Below are positions 24,658 through 34,600 of a DNA stretch of 64,000 bases, one piece after another. Below the pieces are notes generated by a model. That model was given only the letters and a program-made list of their open reading frames with translations, searched no databases and was not told the DNA's origin. The DNA comes from Actinomycetes bacterium (GTDB lineage Bacteria > Actinomycetota > Actinomycetes > JAHEKZ01), in contig DASUFV010000064.1 of assembly GCA_036274415.1 (NCBI GenBank), positions 2,064-66,063 on the forward strand. Reading direction: 5' to 3'. Position 1 is the stretch's first letter, and every line of letters begins with the position of its first letter. The translations under genes and the position numbers were made by a program.

Positions 24658-27600
24658 ATGGCTGGCGAGACAATCGACGCGATCCGAGTCGGACTTGGCA
24701 TCGACCGCACCGCCCTCCGGCAGGACATCGCTGCAGCCAACCGCGAGTTCAACGCGCTGCCGTCGCAGAAGACGGTCAACATCCACGTCGCCGTCCACAC
24801 GCCCACTCGAGCTGTGGAGCAGGCGTACGAGAGCATCCAGAAGCAGTTCGACTTTCGGCAGCGCCAGGCTGGGTCCGAGGCGCTCCGGATCAGCCCGCGG
24901 ATGGTCGTCGACCCGCGGGTCATGCGCGACTTCCGGCGCGACATCGAGCGCAACATGCGCCAGTCGGCGCAGCAGGGCCAGGCGATCCGCGTTCCCGTGC
25001 GCTTCAACGGGGATGTGCGCAGCTTCATCGCCAGCGTCCAGCAGGCCGTCCGCAACGAAACGGTCACGATCGGCGTCAAGGGCGACTGGCGGGGCGGCCC
25101 GGGTGGCGGGACCGGCGGTGGTGGAGTAGGCCGCACTGGTCCGAGTCAGCGCCCGCCGACGGGCGGCGCTCCGGCGGCTCAGCCCGAGCCTGCTCGATCG
25201 CGCCCGGCTACCGCTCGTGCCCGCGGCACCGCCACCGAGGTGCGTTCCGGTGACGTCTATGAGGCCCAGGAGCAGCCGCCGCGCACGCCGCGCCAGCAAC
25301 GTCAGACACAGCGGCGTCAGCGCATGGGCGCTGGCGCTCCGGCTGGCGCGCCAGCGCCTCTCCCTGCGGCAGTCATGCCTGCAGACGCGCGTGGCCGCGT
25401 CGACATCGGCAACGTGCGCCAGTCGAGCAGCGGCGTACAGGAGCTGCAGGGCGAGGAGCGCACCGCCTACATCAGCCAGCAGCGCGCCCGCCCGACACGC
25501 CCGATGGGCCAGTTCCGCCAGCGTGGCGAGCGCGTTCTGACGGCAGCCGACCTGCTGCAGATCAGCAACCAGCAGGAGGTCAACGAGTACCGCTCGCAGG
25601 ACGAGCGTCGGCAGGCTGCGCGCGCCCGGGGTATGTCGCCACGCGACGTCGCTACGCGCGAGCACATTCGCTCTGGTTTCCACTCGCTCGATCCCGATCT
25701 GGCGGCCCTCTATGACCGCCTTATGGACCCGGAGCCCAACTTCAGCTTTGACCAGTTCATACAGGCCGCCGAGGCTGGGCGCGAGGCGTACGGCACGGCG
25801 TTCCACGGCTCGCCGAAGCAGGTCCGTCGCCAGCGTGCCGTCGCGCGCGGGACGAAGAAAGGCGACATCAACGAAGTCGACCCGACTCTCCTGGTGTTCG
25901 ACGCCGCGCTCGACGCTGCCCGTGAGTTCCAGCGCAACATGATGGATCCGCTCAACGCGGTTCGAGCGGGCGACAACAAGCGGCGTGGCCGTGGCGGGAA
26001 GGTCGGTCAGATCGGCGGGCGGAACGCAGGCCGACTGGCATCGACGTCGATGGCGCCAGAGGATCTTGAGGAGCGCATTCGCAAGGAGTCGCGGCGAGCA
26101 GCGCGGCTCCGGCAGCAAGCTGCTCCAGACATTGTCGCGGGGCAGGCGTATGGCGGTGGTGCCGAGATCATTGCACAAGGGCTGGCGCCGTCGATCGCGG
26201 GTGGCCAGGGCCTGACGCGTGGGTCGGGGGTCAAGGCCCGGGGTCGAGCACAGATCGACATCGACATCGAGAAGATGAACGCCGGGCAGATGACCCGCGA
26301 GGAGTTTGAGCGGCGCCATCGCGCCCGCATCCAGGGCTTCGCCGAGGGCGGCCGGATGCGCCGCAACTGGGGCGATAACGAGTACATGCGCGGCCTGTAC
26401 GGTCGCGACATCGGCGCCTCGTTCGGGGCGCCCGAGGGGCACGAGAACGTCGCCCGGGCCAACACTACCGAGTGGAAGCGGACGCGCCGGAACCAGCTGC
26501 GCGAGCAGCCCTTCTGCGCTCACTGTGGCATCGGTCGCGCCGAGGCCCGCTCTCGCGGGATCCCGCTCTCGGCCGACAAGATCCGGAGCCAGGCGCAGGG
26601 CGGCAACCCGTTCGACCCGAGCAACCTGCAGACGCTGTGCAGCTCATGCAACAGCCGGAAGTCGGGTTCATCGGCCCAGCCGCTGATGACGTGGACCCAT
26701 CCGCGCCCGAACATCGGCAGTCACCCGAAGTGGAGCCAGGTTCCCGAGGGTGAGTTCCTGCCGACGGGCAAGTTCTTCGGTGTCTCGTCACTGTCCGAGA
26801 TGCTGTCGCGCTCGAAGGGGCAGGGGCAGGTCGAGAAGCGCGCCGAGGGCGGTCAGGTCAAGCACGGCGGCCTACTCCAGCGGATGGCGCAAGCTGGCCA
26901 CCAGCCGTCGATCACGCTGGTCGGCGAGCGCGGCCCGGAGCTGCTCGTCACCGATGAGAAGACGGGCGAGACCGAGGTCGTCCCGACTCACAAGGTCCCG
27001 ACTTGGCTGCAGCGCGCCCAGGGATCTGCCAAGGGTCTCGCGAAGGACATGACCGAGCGTGGCGGTGGCGGTCGCATGGCTCGGATGTGGAAGTGGGGCG
27101 GCGGCTACGCCGAGGGCGGCCAGCTGCGGATGCGTGACACCCTCGGTCGCCCGGCTCGCGCCACAGAGGCGCGGATGACCGGCGGCGTGCTGGCCGGTGG
27201 CGACATCACCCGCGTGTTCGTCGTCAACTGGCCGAACCTGCTGGCCAGCCCGGGGCAGTTCGCTCAGAGCATGGGCCAGGCACAGGCACAGGCGGCGCGG
27301 AGCAACCCACAGCAGGCTCGGGCTGCGTCCCCGCCTCCTGGTCAGCAGCAGAACCAGCAGGGGCCGCAGGGCCCCGGTGCTGGCGCTCCTGCAGGCGCTC
27401 CGGCGCCCGGCGCGACCACGGCTGCGCGTCTCGGCCGCGTCGATCCGCTCCTGCGTGTCCGTGCCCGACGAACGGGCTTCCAGGCGGTCGGCGCCCTCGA
27501 GGAGGAGCTGCAGACCGCGCAGGCCGGGATTGGCGAGGCGCTGCAGCGAACACCTGTCCGCGCCCTGTCGGTTGCCTTCGGGCAGATCGCACAGAACGTC

Positions 27601-30504
27601 ATCGGTGGTCGCGAGCAGATCCTGACCCGCGCCGCGCGGGCTCGTCGTATCGCGGGTCGCGCACAGCAGGAAGTCACCGCCCTGCGCGAGCTCGAGTCGC
27701 AGCGCTCAGAAGCACGTCAGGTGGCGCGCCTCACCCGTAGCGCTGCGCCGGGTACGGATGAAGCGAACCAGTACGCCGCGGCGACCGAGCGGATCCGCGA
27801 GCTTCGGCCCGCGATCGGCGAGCAGCGTGAGGTCGCCGGACGGCGTGTTGCTGAGGCGCAGGTAGCCCAGGGCAAGATCCTCACTACCGGCCAGCAGGTT
27901 ACGGCGCAGGCGGTCGGCCTCGGCGGCATCATCGCCGGTACCGCGACCTTCTCGTCGGCCATCGCGGCGTTCCAGTTGGCCACGCAGGCTGGCGCTGCTG
28001 CGCTCACGCCACTCGTCGACGCTCTGACTGGCTTCCCGGCGGCGATCGAGCGGTCGACCACGGCTGTCCGCGATGCGATCACCCAGTCGCGGGGTCAGGT
28101 TGGCGTTGGCGTTGCGGCGGCCGTAGCGCCGACCGGCCTGTCGGCCCAGTTCCTCGATCAGACCGGCGGCAACTTCGTCCAGACCGCCGTCAACCGCGCC
28201 GCTCAGGCAGCCGCCCAGCAGGCGACCGACATCATCCGGTCGCAGGGCGCTCTCCGTGGTGGCGACCGCGGACTGTACGAGGGTGTTGGCGGCCTGTTCG
28301 GCACCAACATCGGCACGGAGCTGTTCGGCGGTCAGGCAGGCTTCCTGCAGGAGATCCAGGCCCAGCTGGAGGCGCTGGATCCGCGTCGGGCGACGCTGGG
28401 TGGCGGGATCAACCAGCTGCGGGGCCCGAACAACGTCGGGACTGGCACGGACCCTGTTGGCGACCTGCTGTTCGGTCGAGGTGGTGGCGACCGAGGCGTG
28501 CTCGGCCAGTTCACGTCGCCTCCGGCAGAGATCACGAACAACGAGAAGGAACGCCAGCGGCTGGTTATCGAGCAGAACAAGGTCGTCGACGAGCTCAACC
28601 GCAGCCTGCGCTCAGCCGCCGACTACGCTGGCGACGCGTCGGAAGCGTTCCAGCTGACGACTCGGGCGACGAAGGAACAGACCGACGCCATGATCGCGTC
28701 GGCCGCGGCGATCAGCGACGAGGCGAAGACCCGCGCACAGGGCCTTGCTCGCGCTGGCGTCACGGTCCTCGGCCCCGGCGGGCGCGCGCTGCAGGGACGC
28801 GACTTCGAGGCGTTCGCTCGCCAGCAGGCTCGCGGCCAGCTGATCCAGGACCCAGCACTCCTGCTGCGCCAGACTGAGCCGCAGCGCCGGGCGCGCGCGG
28901 AGCAGCTGCGGCGCCAGGGCGAGTTCACCCGCCGTGAGGATCTTCCGGCCGCGTTCGCGCTGCAGCAGCTGGCCAATCCCCCGCTCCGCTTCGGGACGAC
29001 CTTCAACGCGCAAGGCCAGGGGCTGGAGAACAGCGCTGAGGGCCGCGCCACACTCCAGAACATCGCCAAGTACAGCCAGTTGGCTGCCGATGCCTCAGCG
29101 GACAACGCCCGGGTGTTCGACATGGGCATGTCGGCGCTCGAGAAGATCGTCTCGCGGCTCGACAACCCGACGCTCGCGGGCGGGATCACGCCACGAACCA
29201 CGGCCCGGCGTCCGTCGGGTCCGGGCTTCGTGCAGGCCACGCAGCAGCAGGCTGGCCCGAACCTCACCGCATTCCGCGGCCTCATCTCCGACATCGGCGA
29301 GATCGGCACGCAGATCGCCGACATCCAGTCGGGCCTGAACCTGCGCCAGGTCAACCTGCAGGTCAAGGAGTACAACAACCAGATCCGGATCACGCAGCGC
29401 TCGCTGCAGGACGCTAACGACTTCTGGGCGGCGATCCACGGCAACGTCAGCGACACGGTCGGTGGGCTGCAGGGCCAGAACGCCCTGCTGGAACGCCAGA
29501 ACCAGCTCCTCAGCCGTCGCGCCCAGCGGCTGGCGTTCAAGAGCGAGGACATCGGCTTCAAGCAGGCCGACCTGCAGTTCCAGGCTCAGCAGCTGCAGTT
29601 CCAGCTGTCCCAGCGCCAGATCAACTTCCAGCGTGCCGTGGCTGGGTTCAGCGCGCCGGGCTCAACGCCGGAGGAGCGCGCCGCGCGGATCAACGAGGCG
29701 AAGGTCGAGGCCGACTTCGCCCAGAAGCAGCTCGACCTCCAGATCAAGATCGCCGACATGGCTCGCGAGCAGCTCGAGATCGCGAAGCAGCAGGCGGGCG
29801 TCAACCGCGAGATCTTCGCCAACTCGGTCCAGCAGCAGGACAACCAGTTCGCGATCCAGATGATCGAGGCGCAGCGCGCCGTGCAGGACATCGCCGCCCA
29901 GCTGTCGCTGCTGCAGGAAGGTCGCGCGGTGGTCATCGACACAGCCGCGGCCGAGGAGGCGATCGAGCGCCTGCGCAAGCGCCAGGCCCGCCTCATCGAG
30001 GCTGCGCAGAGCTACATCGAGCAGGGTCAGGAGGTCCGCAGCCAGGTGCTGTCCGACATCAACGACCTGCAGGCGGCCACCGGCAAGGGCTTCAGCTCGC
30101 TGGTCAGCAACGTCCAGAAGGCATGGAGCGAGGCGTTCCGCAGCTCGTACACGAACTACCTGCTGCCGCTGATGAACTCGCTCAACCAGCTGGGCAGCGC
30201 CAAGTACGGCAACTACGGTGCGCCGGGCGCCTACCGGCCGCAGGCTGAGGGCGGTATCCACGATGTCAGCACGCCGACGCGGTTCATGGCAGGCGAGGCT
30301 GGCCACGAGAAGGTGCTCGTGATCCGCAATCCGCAGGAGGGCATGTTCATGCCGTCTGGCGGGATGGGTGGCGGCACGGTCGTCAACATCGGCGGGATCA
30401 CGATCTCGGTCGAGGGTGGCGGCGGCACCGAGGAGGATGCCGAGCGCCTCGCCGCGGCCGTTGAGCGCCGGATCTCGACCAAGCTCGCCATGATTGGAGG
30501 TTAG
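24658..30504 (+). CDS. tape measure protein
   Basis: 1948 aa. GGAGGT precedes the ATG. Long Q/A-rich coiled-coil segments. Located between the G/GT chaperones and the minor tail genes. Confidence 0.9.
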   Translation: MAGETIDAIRVGLGIDRTALRQDIAAANREFNALPSQKTVNIHVAVHTPTRAVEQAYESIQKQFDFRQRQAGSEALRISPRMVVDPRVMRDFRRDIERNMRQSAQQGQAIRVPVRFNGDVRSFIASVQQAVRNETVTIGVKGDWRGGPGGGTGGGGVGRTGPSQRPPTGGAPAAQPEPARSRPATARARGTATEVRSGDVYEAQEQPPRTPRQQRQTQRRQRMGAGAPAGAPAPLPAAVMPADARGRVDIGNVRQSSSGVQELQGEERTAYISQQRARPTRPMGQFRQRGERVLTAADLLQISNQQEVNEYRSQDERRQAARARGMSPRDVATREHIRSGFHSLDPDLAALYDRLMDPEPNFSFDQFIQAAEAGREAYGTAFHGSPKQVRRQRAVARGTKKGDINEVDPTLLVFDAALDAAREFQRNMMDPLNAVRAGDNKRRGRGGKVGQIGGRNAGRLASTSMAPEDLEERIRKESRRAARLRQQAAPDIVAGQAYGGGAEIIAQGLAPSIAGGQGLTRGSGVKARGRAQIDIDIEKMNAGQMTREEFERRHRARIQGFAEGGRMRRNWGDNEYMRGLYGRDIGASFGAPEGHENVARANTTEWKRTRRNQLREQPFCAHCGIGRAEARSRGIPLSADKIRSQAQGGNPFDPSNLQTLCSSCNSRKSGSSAQPLMTWTHPRPNIGSHPKWSQVPEGEFLPTGKFFGVSSLSEMLSRSKGQGQVEKRAEGGQVKHGGLLQRMAQAGHQPSITLVGERGPELLVTDEKTGETEVVPTHKVPTWLQRAQGSAKGLAKDMTERGGGGRMARMWKWGGGYAEGGQLRMRDTLGRPARATEARMTGGVLAGGDITRVFVVNWPNLLASPGQFAQSMGQAQAQAARSNPQQARAASPPPGQQQNQQGPQGPGAGAPAGAPAPGATTAARLGRVDPLLRVRARRTGFQAVGALEEELQTAQAGIGEALQRTPVRALSVAFGQIAQNVIGGREQILTRAARARRIAGRAQQEVTALRELESQRSEARQVARLTRSAAPGTDEANQYAAATERIRELRPAIGEQREVAGRRVAEAQVAQGKILTTGQQVTAQAVGLGGIIAGTATFSSAIAAFQLATQAGAAALTPLVDALTGFPAAIERSTTAVRDAITQSRGQVGVGVAAAVAPTGLSAQFLDQTGGNFVQTAVNRAAQAAAQQATDIIRSQGALRGGDRGLYEGVGGLFGTNIGTELFGGQAGFLQEIQAQLEALDPRRATLGGGINQLRGPNNVGTGTDPVGDLLFGRGGGDRGVLGQFTSPPAEITNNEKERQRLVIEQNKVVDELNRSLRSAADYAGDASEAFQLTTRATKEQTDAMIASAAAISDEAKTRAQGLARAGVTVLGPGGRALQGRDFEAFARQQARGQLIQDPALLLRQTEPQRRARAEQLRRQGEFTRREDLPAAFALQQLANPPLRFGTTFNAQGQGLENSAEGRATLQNIAKYSQLAADASADNARVFDMGMSALEKIVSRLDNPTLAGGITPRTTARRPSGPGFVQATQQQAGPNLTAFRGLISDIGEIGTQIADIQSGLNLRQVNLQVKEYNNQIRITQRSLQDANDFWAAIHGNVSDTVGGLQGQNALLERQNQLLSRRAQRLAFKSEDIGFKQADLQFQAQQLQFQLSQRQINFQRAVAGFSAPGSTPEERAARINEAKVEADFAQKQLDLQIKIADMAREQLEIAKQQAGVNREIFANSVQQQDNQFAIQMIEAQRAVQDIAAQLSLLQEGRAVVIDTAAAEEAIERLRKRQARLIEAAQSYIEQGQEVRSQVLSDINDLQAATGKGFSSLVSNVQKAWSEAFRSSYTNYLLPLMNSLNQLGSAKYGNYGAPGAYRPQAEGGIHDVSTPTRFMAGEAGHEKVLVIRNPQEGMFMPSGGMGGGTVVNIGGITISVEGGGGTEEDAERLAAAVERRISTKLAMIGG

Positions 30505-30506
30505 GC

Positions 30507-31082
30507 GTGGCGCCTAGTGTTACCCACGTGTACGTCAGCTCACTGAGCGACGACGCGGATGCCGATACCGTCAGCCCGTCGCACTGGAATGATGGCCATG
30601 TGCTCACCGGGTTTGGCACGGGCCTGGTCGATGCCGCGTATCTCAACTACACCGCTGGCGACATCACCTGCACCGCCAACAACGTCTGGGAGAACATGCC
30701 CAGTGTCGGAACGATCACGCTGAATGCGTCGACGGGCGACCTGATCGAGGCCGGTGCATCGTTCGGCGTGTTCAACACCACCGCCCAGAGCATCTCCTTC
30801 GACATCGCCACGGTCGTGTCGGGCTCGCCCGTCCACCACCTCAGCGATGGTGGCGCCCCCAACGACTCGAACTTCGGCATCTCGGCGTGGCGCGTTCCGG
30901 CGAGCGCCCAGGGTTCGGCGGGCGGCTCAGTCATGTATACGCTGCAGTCGAGCGACATCAGCGGCGGCACGGTGACCCTTCAGCTGCGCGATCACCCAGA
31001 GGGCAGTACGGATCGAGTGGTCAACGCCAGCGCGACTCGTCCACTGCACTTCTGGGCGAAGAACCTCGGGCAGGGCTTCTGA
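30507..31082 (+). CDS. minor tail protein (paralog A, HWNDGHV motif)
   Basis: GTG start after GGAGG. 191 aa. Confidence 0.55.
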   Translation: MAPSVTHVYVSSLSDDADADTVSPSHWNDGHVLTGFGTGLVDAAYLNYTAGDITCTANNVWENMPSVGTITLNASTGDLIEAGASFGVFNTTAQSISFDIATVVSGSPVHHLSDGGAPNDSNFGISAWRVPASAQGSAGGSVMYTLQSSDISGGTVTLQLRDHPEGSTDRVVNASATRPLHFWAKNLGQGF

Positions 31083-31591
31083 TGGCTACTGGCGACATCA
31101 CCCACGCCCTCGTCGCTGACGGGACTCCGCTGGTCGATGACGGTCACTGGAACGACGGCCACGTTGTCGATCTCGCGTTTGCCATCTACACCCGCTCGGC
31201 GGGCAACTACTCGACGAGCAGCACGTCGTTCGTGGACATCGACAGCACGAACCTCGTGTTCACGATTACCACCGGAGCTCACCGCGTCAGGCTGAACCAG
31301 GTGGTGCATGTGCTAAGCGGCGCGACGGCGAACCAGCAGATCTACTTTGACGTGATGATCGACGGCGTCCGGCAGGGTGGTGCGACGGGGTTGTTCGGGT
31401 TCCGAAACGCGAACGACACGACGCAGCGGCGCTGGGGCGCGAACTTCAGCTGGCTGACCGACGTGTTGACCGCCGGATCGCATACGTTCAAGTTCCAGTA
31501 CGCGGTCGGGTCGGGCACGGCGACCCTCGTGACGGACGGTACGAACAGCATCGGCCAGTGGTCGGTCGAAGAAACCCTGTTGACGACGTAG
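31082..31591 (+). CDS. minor tail protein (paralog B, HWNDGHV motif)
   Basis: ATGA overlap. N-terminus MATGDITHALVADGTPLVDDGHWNDGHVVD. Confidence 0.55.
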   Translation: MATGDITHALVADGTPLVDDGHWNDGHVVDLAFAIYTRSAGNYSTSSTSFVDIDSTNLVFTITTGAHRVRLNQVVHVLSGATANQQIYFDVMIDGVRQGGATGLFGFRNANDTTQRRWGANFSWLTDVLTAGSHTFKFQYAVGSGTATLVTDGTNSIGQWSVEETLLTT

Positions 31592-31614
31592 GGTCCTGAT
31601 ACCGGAGGGCCCTC

Positions 31615-34600
31615 ATGCCGACCTTCAACAAGGGGTTCTTCGACCCGAACATCTTCGACACCGGCCCAGTCGGCGAGGCGTTCCAGAACAACGCCTTCCA
31701 GCACGACGCGTTCCAGGTCGGAGACGTCGTCGTCGGGTTCATCAACCAGACGGCGACGCCCTTTGCCCCGACGATCTCGACTGTCGGAGCGCAGACCTAC
31801 AGCGCGCCACTGATCGATCGAACAGCGGTCGCGTTCGCCCCGACGGTGTCGCTCAGCCTCTCGGTCGGGTTGATCAACCAGGCCGCGGTTGCGTTCGCTC
31901 CGCTGGTAGCGAAGAAGCAGACCGTCACGGTCGCGCGGATCAACCAGAATGCGGTCGCCAATGCGCCAGCCGTCGTTCTGGGCGAGTACGCGGTCCTGAT
32001 CGTGTCGCACACCCCGGTCGCCTACTGGCGACTCGGAGAGGCATCCGGCACCACCGCCGGGGACTCGTGGGACAGCCATCCCGGCTTCTACGAGAACACG
32101 CCGACGCTGGGCGTTACAGGCGCCCTGGCCAACGACACGAACAAGGCGGTCACGCTCAATGGCACCAACGAGTGGATCAGCGTCGCCGATCACTCGGACT
32201 TCGACTACGAGGGTGACTTCACCTTCGAGGCGTGGGTCAAGCACTCGGGCGTCTTCGGCACCTTCCACGACGCACTAATCGGCAAGGGGCCGGGCAATGT
32301 CCCGTTCTGGTGGATCGCGCCCGACGGCGACATGGTCCTGCGCGACGGCAGCCTGTCGACGAACGTCAGCAGGACCGTGGATCCGGTCATCACCGACACG
32401 AACTGGCACCACCTTGTCGTCACCTACGAGAAGGGCGTCGAGTGTCGGATGTTCGTGGACGGCGTCGAGGTGGCCGTCGACGGGTTCAACGATGCGACGT
32501 TCGTCAACGGCTCCGGGTCGGTGGGCCTGGGCTCCGGCTGGGGTTCGGTCTGGTCCGATGGCTGGCATGGGTCGCTCGACGAGATCGCGATCTACAACTA
32601 CGTCCTGACCCCGACGCAGGTCACCCAGCACTACCTCGTCGGGGCTGGCGTCGACGTCATCCTGCCGCGGATCAACCAGGCCGCCGTCGCGTTCAGCCCG
32701 TCCGTGGTTGGCGGCACGCTGTTCGTCACCCTGCCGCTGATCAATCAGGCCGCCGCTACGTTCGCGCCGACCGTGGCCGGGCCGCAGGACGTCGCCCTGG
32801 GGCTGATCAACCAGGCGGCGGCGACCTTCGCGCCCACGATCACCGGCGGCACGGTCTTCACCGATGCGTCAGCGAGCTTGGCGGTCTCGCTGGACATGAC
32901 AGCCACCGCCTCGAGCGACGTGGTGGGCGGCGCCAGCCTGGGGATCGACGTCAACCTGACCGCCACAGCTGAGCGCGACCTGCCGTTGCCGACCCCGCCT
33001 GGTGGCGGCGGCAGTGGCGGGACGGGCGGCAACTCAGGCGGCCCCTATCCACCGTCTATCACCGTGATCAAGGTCAACGGTGTAGATGTGTCTGACGACG
33101 TCCGCTATCGGGACGCCACGTTCACGTCCCAGGTCAACGGCACTCCCGGCGAGTGCTCGTTCGCCATCCGCGATCTCGGCCACGAGCACGGTTTCAAGTT
33201 CGGCCAGACGATCACCGTCGACGTGAACGGGAAGCGCCAGTGGCGCGGCTTCGTCCGCCAGGTCAAGCGCCAGTACACGGCGCCGGTCGTCGATACCACC
33301 GATCCCGACACAACCGCGCGCTGGTTCCTGATCATCGGCTGGGACATCAACGTCCTGCTTCAGAAGCGGATCGTCTGGAACAAGTCCAACCCGACCAAGG
33401 GTCTGCTCACGCCGCCCTCGAGCCTGCGCGATCCGAAGCACGCTGGCCAGTGGGTCGAGGACTCCCCTGTCGAGGACGTCGTCCGCTATTGCCTGCAGAA
33501 CTACACCGACCTACCCGCGGACGGCGTGTCACTGTCGGGCATCGACATGGCGGGAACGCCCAACCCCGACTTCGCCGCAGCCTACTCGGGCGCGATGCCG
33601 ATTGATGCGTTCATGCACGACCTCAATCGCCTGCTGTCGGGGATCTACTACATCACCCCGCACATGCGGTTCTGCTACCACAGCGTCGAGAAGACGACGA
33701 CGCCGTACATCATCTCTGATGCGCCACACCTGGCCGGGAGCTATGGCGTAGGTCCGCGCGAGTATGAGCTGGTCAGCGACGGCGCGCAGATGGTCAACGA
33801 CGCGATGCTGTGGGGCACGGCGCCGGGCGTTGATGTGCCCGGTGGCGGCGTGGCTGTGTTCAGCCGGACGACGGACTCCGACTCGATCGACCGTCACGGC
33901 CGCTGGCAGTTGGGCGATACGAACTTCGGGATCTACAAGCAGACGAGTGCCGACCAGCGCACCGAGTCAATGGTGTATGGCAACGACGCCTCGCGGATCG
34001 CGCCGAAGGACGACCGCATCAGCGTGCTTGCGACCGTGTTCGAGCCGCTATTCGAGCTCGGCGACGTGGTGCGCTGTGAGCAGCGCGTGTTCGACGGCAC
34101 GCCGGACACTCCGTTCGAGACCGACGAGGACTACGTCGCGATCAACCTGCCCGTCCGGCGGATGACGCTGACGTTCCCAACCAAGACCGCGACCCGCTGG
34201 CAAGTGCTCCTCACCCAGGAGCTCGACGAGCCGTGGTCGATCTACGAGTACATCTTCCCGAAGATCCCGGGGTTCCGGTTCCCGCCGTGGCCGCCGTTCG
34301 GCCCTTGGCCCCCTCTCCCGTGGCCGGATATCCCGGAAGGCTGGGGACCGGGTGATGGCGGCTGCACTGACGAGGTCTGCGGCATCACCGATACGTTCAG
34401 CCGGACGGTGCTCGGCGGTTGGGGCACCAGCGATGCTGGAGTTGCCTGGACGACGGCTGTGCTTGGAAGCGGGACGACCTCGATAAACGTGCTCGGGAAT
34501 GTGTATGGGTCGCTCCTGAACTCAGGGTCTTCCGCCGGTACGAGTGTCGTTGCCACGCTCGGCGGCACTGTCCCGAACGAGTACGTCACGAGGTGGGATC

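Noticed and set aside
24199-26523. 774-aa ORF on the - strand antisense to the tape measure gene. Similar long antisense ORFs lie at 13765..16272 (835 aa), 16742..18106 (454 aa), 4951..5982 and 17952..19187
   Set aside because: These are Arg/Gly/Pro-rich, low-complexity translations typical of the antisense strand of high-GC coding DNA. The sense-strand genes have clear motifs and codon bias.
26512-26670. Active HNH homing endonuclease inside the tape measure protein
   Set aside because: The first catalytic His of the HNH dyad is absent (D-K instead of D-H). Treated as an HNH-like zinc-ribbon remnant only.
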